From Cupriavidus necator (GTDB lineage: Bacteria; Pseudomonadota; Gammaproteobacteria; Burkholderiales; Burkholderiaceae), in the NCBI RefSeq assembly GCF_016127575.1, contig NZ_CP066019.1, positions 1,260,001 through 1,292,000 of the forward strand: DNA of 32,000 nt, written 5' to 3'. The number at the start of each line of letters is the position of its first letter. The first letter of the stretch is position 1. A program made the position numbers and the translations under genes. Under the pieces are notes generated by a model. That model had not been told where the DNA came from and made no database searches. It saw nothing but the letters and a program-made list of their open reading frames with translations. Positions 25,998-32,000 of the stretch are shown piece after piece.

Positions 25998-26516
25998 ATG
26001 AATCGCCGTTGCTACCGCCTTGTCTTCAATCGGTCACGCGCCATGCTGATGGCGGTCGAGGAATCGGCGAGCGGCCTGGGCAAGGGGCGCATCGCCGGGT
26101 CACGCGGCACACAGGCTCCGGCGTTCACCCGCATGGCGCGCTTCGGCCTGCCGGCAACGACCCTGGCCGCCTGGTGCGCAATGGGGCTGCCATGGGCGGC
26201 CAGCGCACAGGTGGTGGCGGACCCGAACGCGGGCGCCAACCGGCCCGCCGTGGTCCAGACCGCGAACGGGCTGCAGCAGGTCAATATCACCCGGCCGTCC
26301 ACCGCCGGCGTGTCCGTCAACGCCTACACCCAGTTCGACGTCCCCAAGGCCGGCATCATCCTGAACAATTCGCCGTCGATCGTGGCTACCCAGCAGGCGG
26401 GGTACGTCAACGGCAACCCGAACCTGCTGCCGGGCGGCTCGGCCCGCATCATCGTCAACCAGGCCACCGGCACACTGCCGAGCCAGTTGCGCGGCTACCT
26501 GGAGGTTGCCGGACAA
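25998..26516 (+). pseudogene. Truncated TpsA/CdiA(BcpA)-family exoprotein: extended signal peptide plus the first part of the TPS (hemagglutination-activity) domain only
   Basis: MNRRCYRLVFNRSRAMLMAVEE is an ESPR-type extended signal peptide. NGLQQVNITRPSTAGVSVNAYTQFDVPKAGIILNNS...GNPNLLPGGSARIIVNQATG..SQLRGYLEVAG are TPS-domain motifs. Homology ends at about 26516. The rest of the 226-aa ORF (to 26678) is out-of-frame tpsB sequence. Confidence 0.85.
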
Positions 26517-27797
26517 GAGCTACGTCACCACCCGCGTGCTGGTACCCGAGCAGGACTTGAGTTCCGGCACGCTGAAGCTGGCACTGCTCCCCGGCGTCAT
26601 AGGCGAACTGCGCTTCGCCGAGCCCGACCTGTGGGGCACCCGGAAATCGGCTTTCCCCGCACCCAGGCGACTTGCTGAACCTGCGCGACCTTGAGCAAGG
26701 CCTGGAGCAAATGAAGCGTGTGCCGAGCCCAGGATGTGGACATGCAGATCGTGCCGACGAAGGCGCCGGGCGTGAGCGACGTGGTGATCGCCGTCAAACG
26801 CGGCAAGCCCTGGACGGTGGTGGCCTCGGTGGACAATTCCGGCACGCGCTCGACCGGCAAGTGGCAGGGCAACCTGAGCGTGAGTCTGGACAATCCGCTC
26901 GGCCTGAACGACCTTTTCAACGTCGGCTACAACCAGGATCTGGGCTTCGCCAACAAGGAACAGGCACGCGTGGCTGGAATGGCTATTACTCGGTGAACAA
27001 CTATTTCCAGCAGATCGCCGGTGTCAATCAGACCTTCATCTCCAGCGGCAAGTCGGAGACAGCGGACCTGAAGCTGCACCGCGTGCTCAACCGCAGCCAG
27101 AACGATGTGTTCGGCATGCAGTTTCGCCTGACCCGGCGCTTTGGCAAGAGCTTCATCGAGGACACCGAGATCGCGCAGCAGCGCCGCAACAATACGGTGC
27201 TCGAGGCGGGCATCACGGATCGCCACTACTTCGGCGCGGCGCAGTTCGACGGCACGCTGGCCTATCGCCAGGGCCTCGGCGGATTCGGCGCGCAGGACGA
27301 TGTGTTGGCCGACAGTGGCGGCCCCACCTGGCGCTATCGGATGCTCGTGGCGGACGCCAACCTGTCGGTACCGTTCAAGCTGGGCGAGCTGCCGCTGCGG
27401 TATGTCACCACTTTCCACGGCCAGTTCACCAACGACCGGCTCTACTACATTGATGCGCTCACCATCGGCAGCCGCTACACGGTGCGTGGCTTCGATGGAG
27501 AGAACCTGCTGGCCAGCGAGCGCGGCTTCTATTGGCGCAATGAGCTACATGCGCCTCTGGGCGGCAGCCGGGCAGGCGCTGTATGCAGGACTCGATTATG
27601 GAAGGGTCTTCGGGCCGATTACCACTGCGCTGGCCGGCACCCAACTGACCGGGGCGGTGATTGGACTACGCGGAGGGCTGGGCTCGCGGCTGGGCTCAGT
27701 CTCGTATGACGTGTTCGTCGGTATGCCGGTCTATAAGCCCGCAGCGTTCCATACGGCCGCGGTGACGGCTGGGTTGCAGGTGGTGTATCGGTATTGA
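26509..27797 (+). pseudogene. ShlB/FhaC/HecB-family TpsB outer-membrane transporter, lacking its N-terminus and broken by about 4 frameshifts
   Basis: Homologous segments lie in different frames. They are DKSYVTTRVLVPEQDLSSGTLKLALLPG (frame 1), GDLLNLRDLEQGLEQMKRVPS (frame 2), QDVDMQIVPTKAPGVSDVVIAV...DNSGTRSTGKWQG...DNPLGLNDLF (frame 3), YSV..NYFQQIAG...DTEIAQQRRNN...IGSRYTVRGFDGENLLASERGFYWRNEL (frame 2) and GQALYAGLDYGRVFG...GAVIGLRG...YDVFVGMPVYKP (frame 3, stop at 27795-27797). Confidence 0.88.
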
Positions 27798-27860
27798 TTC
27801 CCGCAGGACGAGGCGTGACAGTGCAGAATCATCGGCACACCAACAGTTGGAAAGCATCCG
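27798..27860. repeat. Left copy of an imperfect ~60-bp direct repeat flanking vapBC
   Basis: It shares four collinear blocks with 28534-28595. They are CCCGCAGGA (27800-27808), GTGACAGTG (27815-27823), CACACCAAC (27836-27844) and AGCATCCG (27853-27860). Confidence 0.7.
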
Positions 27861-27889
27861 GTTGTAGCGGGGCGTACTTCAGCAGCCTG

Positions 27890-28270
27890 CTAGTGAAGCT
27901 TGGGTCGATGCGCCACACGAAAACGCACTGACAAGTCGTTTAGACGCTGATCCAGTGTCCATAGCCGTGCGCCTGGCGTGATCAAAGTGGAAGCCAGCAA
28001 TGAGACATCCACCAGGCCGCAACCGAGTCCATGCAATTTCTCGTGCTCGATGAACGCCATTACCTCTGCCAGGCTGGCCTGCCTTGCGGGCTGCAACAGC
28101 CCGATGTCACCGAGTGTCCGCGCACGCGGTGCCGGGGGCGTGCCGCAGGCTAGTTCAACCAGGACCATGGGGTGGGTCAATGCTTGATCCGACACGAGCA
28201 AACTGACCAGTGCGTCATTGCGGTTCTTGAAATGATCCACCCACACAGAGGTGTCGACGAGCACGCTCAT
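27890..28270 (-). CDS. vapC: Type II toxin-antitoxin system VapC-family toxin (PIN domain)
   Basis: [14 protein letters not shown] carries the first PIN acidic residue. VLVELACG and GLVDVSLLA supply later acidic positions. It is 126 aa and overlaps the upstream antitoxin gene by 4 bp. Confidence 0.9.
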   Translation of the reverse strand: MSVLVDTSVWVDHFKNRNDALVSLLVSDQALTHPMVLVELACGTPPAPRARTLGDIGLLQPARQASLAEVMAFIEHEKLHGLGCGLVDVSLLASTLITPGARLWTLDQRLNDLSVRFRVAHRPKLH

Positions 28271-28473
28271 TTCGATTCGGGTTCCATGCGGCTACGTGGC
28301 ACATCTTCCATGTCGGGCGCGGTGCCACCCAGCGCCGCGAGGCGCTTGGCTGCTTGCACCCGCACGAAAGTCTTGATTGCCTCACGAAAAAGATCAGATT
28401 TGTCCATGCCAGGGTCGGCTATCTCTAGTGCTTGTTCATAAAGGGCGTCATCGATAGTGACGGTCGTGCGCAT
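28267..28473 (-). CDS. vapB: Type II antitoxin, VapB family
   Basis: The 68-aa protein [18 protein letters not shown]...[14 protein letters not shown] is typical of VapB antitoxins. There is a GGGAG SD. It is translationally coupled to vapC. Confidence 0.88.
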   Translation of the reverse strand: MRTTVTIDDALYEQALEIADPGMDKSDLFREAIKTFVRVQAAKRLAALGGTAPDMEDVPRSRMEPESK

Positions 28474-28493
28474 AGCATGCTCCCTGCCTCAGA

Positions 28494-28515
28494 TTTGATG
28501 TTATGGTGCATCAAA
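28494..28515. promoter_or_regulatory. Inverted repeat in the vapBC promoter region (candidate VapB operator)
   Basis: TTTGATG (28494-28500) N8 CATCAAA (28509-28515), lying 21-42 nt upstream of the vapB ATG. Confidence 0.45.
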
Positions 28516-28533
28516 AAAAGCATCTAGGCAAGG

Positions 28534-28595
28534 TTGCCCGCAGGATGGTGTGACGGTGACTGCCCCGTCACACCAACGCGCCGCTACAGCATCCG
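28534..28595. repeat. Right copy of the imperfect ~60-bp direct repeat flanking vapBC; contains a perfect 10-bp hairpin
   Basis: The blocks are CCCGCAGGA (28537-28545), GTGACGGTG (28550-28558), CACACCAAC (28569-28577) and AGCATCCG (28588-28595). The hairpin is GGTGTGACGG (28547-28556) N8 CCGTCACACC (28565-28574). Confidence 0.7.
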
Positions 28596-28751
28596 CTCCC
28601 GTTCGGCTAGCAGTCCATCAAGCTGCGCCTTCACCATGCCAAGCAGGCAAAGCGCGCTGAAGCAGCCCTCCGAGCGTTCGCTTTCGTGATCCAGAAGTAC
28701 GAGAACTCCGTCGATACCAGCGCGGACCTGCTGCAAGCATTCGTTAGTCAT
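28584..28751 (-). CDS. Small hypothetical ORF (55 aa), possibly a gene remnant
   Basis: The ATG at 28751 opens MTNECLQQVRAGIDGVLVLLDHESERSEGCFSALCLLGMVKAQLDGLLAERERML. A 10-bp hairpin follows 10 nt after the stop. The longer 164-aa ORF has an Arg/Trp/Cys-rich, non-coding-looking N-half. No family recognised. Confidence 0.25.
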   Translation of the reverse strand: MTNECLQQVRAGIDGVLVLLDHESERSEGCFSALCLLGMVKAQLDGLLAERERML

Positions 28752-29233
28752 CTTATCGATCGTCGTTATTGATTCCTCACTGGTGAGTGCGCGCCACTCC
28801 TTTCCACGTGAGGGCGGCGGGCCAGTCAACGAGGGTGGAAAGACCGGTCTGACGAGGTGGAACCGGCCAGCCTTGCGGCTGCCTCGCTTGGCCCGCCATG
28901 GAACCATGCGAGCACACAGGCGTTGCATGCTGCAAGCGCAACGCCTGTCCTCGTCAGGCATCCGGGCTTTCCACACCCGATCATCGGTGATCCGATGACG
29001 CCACCAGTATTTGCTGTCGGTGCAGGGGAATCGATGAGAGATGTCGCATTTCCAGGGGCGGGCGAAGTTTGAATCCATGCAGCGGATCCGGAAATCGCCG
29101 ACTCTTGAAAATGCACGTGCGGCTTTCGTAAACCGCGCCCATGCCGTCGAAGGCAGTCACGGCCATGAAGCTGGGATGGCCCGCGCAGGCAAGCCAATCC
29201 CGGTGGATACCGGGGCCTGCCGGGGCCGCCCGG

Positions 29234-29256
29234 CGCGCCCCCGGGGCGGGGGCGCG
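29234..29256 (-). terminator. GC-rich stem-loop downstream of the GntP-family gene
   Basis: CGCGCCCCC-ggggc-GGGGGCGCG forms a 9-bp stem starting 12 nt past the gntP-family stop. There is no U-tract. Confidence 0.35.
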
Positions 29257-29267
29257 GGAGGTAACGC

Positions 29268-30629
29268 TCAGATCAGCGTGGCCAGGCCCAGCGTCAGCAG
29301 CAGTGCCACCACGGAGATGATGGTTTCGCAGACCGACCAGGTCTGGAAGGTCTGGGTCACGGTCATGTTGAAGTATTCCTTGACCAGCCAGAAGCCGCCG
29401 TCGTTCACGTGCGACAGGATCAGCGAGCCGGCGCCGGTGGTCAGCACCAGCAGTTCCGGGCGGGTGCCCGGCACGCTGGCGGCGATCGGTGCGACGATGC
29501 CCGCGGCGGTGGTCATGGCCACCGTGGCCGAGCCCGTGGCGATGCGGATCATCACCGCCACCAGCCAGCCCAGCACCAGCACCGACACGTTGGCGCCGGT
29601 GGCGACGTCGACGATGGCGTTGGAGATGCCGGAGTCGCGCAGGATGCGGCCAAAGCCACCGCCGGCGCCGACCACCAGCGTGATGATGGCGGTGGGCGCC
29701 ACGCACTCGTTGGTGAACTTGAGGATGGTCTCGCGGTTGAAGCCGCGCGCCTTGCCGAAGGTGTAGAAGCTCACCAGCGCGGCGATCAGCAGCGCCATCA
29801 CCGAGTTGCCGATCAGCTTCAGGAAGTCGTTGGCAAAGGTCTTGGGCGTGGTGAACAGGTCGGCCCAGCTGCCGATCAGCATCAGGATCACGGGCAGCAG
29901 GATGGTGAACACCGTGATGCCGAAGCCCGGCAACTCGTGCGATGCCTTGACGCGCTCATCCTCTTCGGTGAACTGGTCCGCCAGCGGGTTGACCTCGGGC
30001 AGCTTGACGTAGCGGTCCATCAGCTTGGCGAACAGCGGGCCGGCGAGGGCTGCCGTGGGAATGCCAACGATCAGCGCGTACATGATGGTCTTGCCGATGT
30101 CGGCGCCATAGGCGGTCACCGCCAGCAGCGCGGCCGGGTGCGGCGGGATCAGGCCGTGCACCACGGACAGGCCGGCCACCATCGGGATGCCGACCAGCAC
30201 CATCGACGTGCCGGTGCGCTTGGCCACGTTGAAGGCGATCGGCACCAGCAGCACGAAGCCCACTTCAAAGAACACCGGCAGGCCGACGATAAAGGCGATG
30301 GTGGCCATCGCCCAATGCACGTTCTTCGCGCCGAAGAAATCGATCAGTGTGTTCGCGATGCGCTCCGCGCCGCCGGATTCGGCCATCATCTTGCCGAGCA
30401 TGGTGCCAAGGCCGACCACCAGCGCGATATGGCCCAGCGTGCCGCCGACACCGGCTTCAAAGGACTTGACGATGTCGCCCATCGGCATGCCCACGGCAAA
30501 GCCGAGCAGCACCGATACGACCACCAGGGTAATGAAGGGGTTGAGCTTGAAGCGCGCGATCAGCACCACCAGTGCGATCACTGCGATCAGCGCATACACC
30601 AAGAGCGTGGTTCCGGTGACGGCACCCAT
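29268..30629 (-). CDS. GntP-family (gluconate:H+ symporter family) permease
   Basis: The 453-aa polytopic protein starts LVVLIARFKLNPFITLVVVSVLLGFAVGMP...GGTLGHIALVVGLGTMLGKMMAESGGAERIA, a typical GntP N-terminus. There is an AAGGAG SD 5 nt before the ATG at 30629. Confidence 0.9.
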   Translation of the reverse strand: MGAVTGTTLLVYALIAVIALVVLIARFKLNPFITLVVVSVLLGFAVGMPMGDIVKSFEAGVGGTLGHIALVVGLGTMLGKMMAESGGAERIANTLIDFFGAKNVHWAMATIAFIVGLPVFFEVGFVLLVPIAFNVAKRTGTSMVLVGIPMVAGLSVVHGLIPPHPAALLAVTAYGADIGKTIMYALIVGIPTAALAGPLFAKLMDRYVKLPEVNPLADQFTEEDERVKASHELPGFGITVFTILLPVILMLIGSWADLFTTPKTFANDFLKLIGNSVMALLIAALVSFYTFGKARGFNRETILKFTNECVAPTAIITLVVGAGGGFGRILRDSGISNAIVDVATGANVSVLVLGWLVAVMIRIATGSATVAMTTAAGIVAPIAASVPGTRPELLVLTTGAGSLILSHVNDGGFWLVKEYFNMTVTQTFQTWSVCETIISVVALLLTLGLATLI

Positions 30630-30646
30630 ATAGTCTCCTTGTGTGG

Positions 30647-30669
30647 AAAAAATGCCGCTTGTGGCGGCA
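30647..30669 (-). terminator. Canonical-looking intrinsic terminator (hairpin plus U6) between ridA and the gntP-family gene
   Basis: The minus strand reads TGCCGC-cacaa-GCGGCA followed by TTTTTT (30652-30647). The U-tract ends only 6 nt before the gntP SD. Confidence 0.5.
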
Positions 30670-30690
30670 GGGGTTAGTTTTTAGTTTTTC

Positions 30691-30716
30691 CCCTCTCCCG
30701 CGGTAGCGGGAGAGGG
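30691..30716. repeat. REP-like GC-rich perfect hairpin (CCCTCTCCCGC-ggta-GCGGGAGAGGG)
   Basis: It has an 11-bp perfect stem and a 4-nt loop. The adjacent T-runs are on the wrong side for a terminator on either strand. Confidence 0.55.
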
Positions 30717-30739
30717 CACGCAATCCGCAGGCAGCAGGC

Positions 30740-31132
30740 TCAGGCCGCCGGCTTCTTGTAGGCGATGCAGTCCACTTCGACCTTGCAGTCCACCACCATG
30801 CTCGACTGCACGCAGGCGCGCGCGGGCGGGTTGGCGCCGAAGTATTCCTTGAAGATCTTGTTGAACGAGGCGAAGTCGCGCGTGTCGTCCAGCCAGACGC
30901 CGCAGCGCACCACGTGCTCCGGGCCGTAGCCGGCCTCGGCCAGGATGGCCAGCACGTTCTTGATGGCCTGGTGGGTCTGGGGCACGATGCCGCCGTCGAT
31001 GACCTCGCCGCTGACCATCGGCACCTGGCCGGAGACGTAGAGCCAGCCGTCGGCCGCGACCGCGCGGGCAAAGGGCATGTGCTGGCCGCCGGTACCGGTG
31101 CCGCCTTCGACGCCGAATCGTTTGATGTCCAT
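30740..31132 (-). CDS. RidA/YjgF/UK114-family reactive-intermediate deaminase
   Basis: The start is the ATG at 31132 (MDIKRFGVEG...) with an AGGAG SD. AVAADGWLYVSGQVP...Q.HQAIKNVLAILAEAG...VVRCGVWL.D..DFASFN..Y.EYF...PPARACV matches RidA. The 86 upstream codons of the track ORF look non-coding. Confidence 0.9.
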   Translation of the reverse strand: MDIKRFGVEGGTGTGGQHMPFARAVAADGWLYVSGQVPMVSGEVIDGGIVPQTHQAIKNVLAILAEAGYGPEHVVRCGVWLDDTRDFASFNKIFKEYFGANPPARACVQSSMVVDCKVEVDCIAYKKPAA

Positions 31133-31184
31133 GGGTACTCCTGGGATGGGTTGGATATGGGAAGGAAGGAGGGCAGCGCGCCGG

Positions 31185-32000
31185 TCAGGCGGCGCCGAAC
31201 TCAGGCCGCGAGCCTCGCGGCAGGAACCGGCCGGCGCGCACGCCGGTGGCCTGGCGCTGCTGCCATGACAGCTCGCCGTTGACCCAGACCGCGGCAATGC
31301 CCTCGGCCGGTTGCATGGGATCGGTAAAGCTGGCCGCATCTCGGATGGTGGTGGCGTCGAACAGCACCAGGTCGGCCCAGTAGCCTTCACGCACGAAGCC
31401 GCGCTCCTGCAGCCCGAAGCGCTCGGCGGACATGCCGGTCATCTTGTTGACGGCCACCGTCAGCGGGAACAGCTCGCGGTCGCGGGCGTAGTGGCCCAGC
31501 ACGCGCGGGAAGGCGCCCCACAGGCGCGGATGCGGCAGCGGGTCGTTGGGCAGCCCGTCCGACCCGACCACCGTGGCCGGATGGCTCAGGATGCGGTCGA
31601 CGTCGGCGTCTTCCATGCAGTGGTAGACCGCGCCCGCGGGCATCAGCCGGCGCGCGGCTTCGTGCAGGTTTACCTGCCATTCGGCGGCGATATCGGCCAG
31701 CAGGCGGCCGCCCATCTCGGGCGCGCCTTCGGACCAGGTCACCATGATGTCGAAGTCGCTGGTGACCTGCTTCAGGTCCAGCGTGGAGGAGCTGGCGGTG
31801 TAGGGGTAGCAGTCGCAGCCCACCGGCTGCCAGCGCTGCGCACCGTCGAGCGCGTCCAGCACCTCGGTGCTGCGGCCCCAGTTGGCCACGCCCGCGCATT
31901 TCAGGTGCGAGATCACCACCGGCACGCGCGCATGGCGGCCGATGCGGAAGGCCTCATCCATGGCGTCGAGGATCTCGGCGAACTCGCTGCGCAGGTGGGT
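31185..32000 (-). CDS. N-acyl-D-amino-acid deacylase (D-aminoacylase) family amidohydrolase, C-terminal part (5' end outside the window)
   Basis: The frame is open to the window edge. VVISHLKCAG, DCYPYTASSSTLD, VVGSDGLP...HPRLWGAFPRVLGHYAR, AVNKMTGMSAERFGL..RGFVREGYWADLVLFD are D-aminoacylase signatures. Confidence 0.88.
   Translation of the reverse strand, partial: THLRSEFAEILDAMDEAFRIGRHARVPVVISHLKCAGVANWGRSTEVLDALDGAQRWQPVGCDCYPYTASSSTLDLKQVTSDFDIMVTWSEGAPEMGGRLLADIAAEWQVNLHEAARRLMPAGAVYHCMEDADVDRILSHPATVVGSDGLPNDPLPHPRLWGAFPRVLGHYARDRELFPLTVAVNKMTGMSAERFGLQERGFVREGYWADLVLFDATTIRDAASFTDPMQPAEGIAAVWVNGELSWQQRQATGVRAGRFLPRGSRPEFGAA

Noticed and set aside
25998-26678. A 226-aa ORF as an intact small secreted TPS-domain protein.
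   Set aside because: TPS-domain homology stops at about residue 172, in mid-domain. The remaining about 54 residues are tpsB DNA read out of frame. No functional TpsB partner remains.
28534-28580. The repeat/hairpin flanking vapBC interpreted as an integron attC site, with vapBC as a gene cassette.
   Set aside because: I could not fit the RYYYAAC / GTTRRRY core sites (CACCAAC and GTTGCCC do not conform). No integron integrase is present in the window.
28752-29078. The upstream part of the 164-aa minus-strand ORF, and the overlapping ORFs at 28826-29197, 28857-29072 and 29041-29766.
   Set aside because: The translations are Arg/Trp/Cys/Pro-rich with no motifs and no credible RBS. One of them continues antisense into the GntP-family gene.
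30691-30716. The GC-rich 11-bp hairpin interpreted as the ridA terminator.
   Set aside because: The adjacent T-runs lie on the 5' side for the plus strand and read as A-runs after the stem on the minus strand. It does not fit an intrinsic terminator in either direction, and it looks more like a REP-type element.
1-32000. A search for tRNA, rRNA, CRISPR repeats, IS elements, transposases, integrases, and phage or defence-system gene sets.
   Set aside because: I found no regularly spaced direct repeats, no cloverleaf-like or rRNA-like segments, and no ORF with recombinase, transposase or known defence-domain signatures. This was an inspection by eye, so short or degenerate elements could have been missed.

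Overview
High-GC segment (by eye about two-thirds G+C). The proteins look like a Burkholderiaceae betaproteobacterium of the Cupriavidus/Ralstonia type; that assignment is inference only. I support about 29 CDS, 2 pseudogene fragments and several hairpins, operators and repeats. I found no rRNA, tRNA, CRISPR array, IS element, transposase or integrase.

Layout:
- 1-6.85 kb, plus strand: housekeeping genes. These are an HpcH/HpaI aldolase (partial), a GlcD-like FAD oxidoreductase, an MBL-fold hydrolase, a PadR plus siderophore-interacting-protein pair, a lipoprotein and a class I/II aminotransferase.
- 6.86-14.26 kb: a classical valine / 3-hydroxyisobutyrate catabolic operon on the minus strand (acyl-CoA dehydrogenase, mmsA, mmsB, enoyl-CoA hydratase, 3-hydroxyisobutyryl-CoA hydrolase, then a Crp/Fnr regulator), with a divergent AraC regulator.
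- 14.27-16.23 kb: glutathione-dependent formaldehyde detoxification (adhC/frmA and fghA).
- 16.4-23.35 kb: a tightly coupled five-gene minus-strand operon. It runs MFS sugar-porter, divergent FGGY (GlpK-like) kinase, GlpD-like FAD dehydrogenase, AGPS-like FAD-linked oxidase and a GlpP-family (Firmicutes-type RNA-binding) antiterminator homolog. A structured leader precedes it. This is my best candidate for an uncharacterised system.
- 23.37-25.67 kb: an Npt1/TLC-like MFS transporter plus an aldo/keto reductase with a Tat signal.
- 25.7-29.27 kb: a lower-GC accessory islet. It holds a deletion-fused, multiply frameshifted relic of a two-partner-secretion/CDI locus, a vapBC toxin-antitoxin pair flanked by imperfect direct repeats, and about 0.7 kb of apparently decayed sequence.
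- 29.27-32.0 kb, minus strand: D-aminoacylase (partial), RidA and a GntP-family permease.

I do not see a clear novel defence or mobile system. Everything functional beyond family assignment is hypothesis. All family calls rest on motif recognition by eye in the supplied translations, not on database searches.
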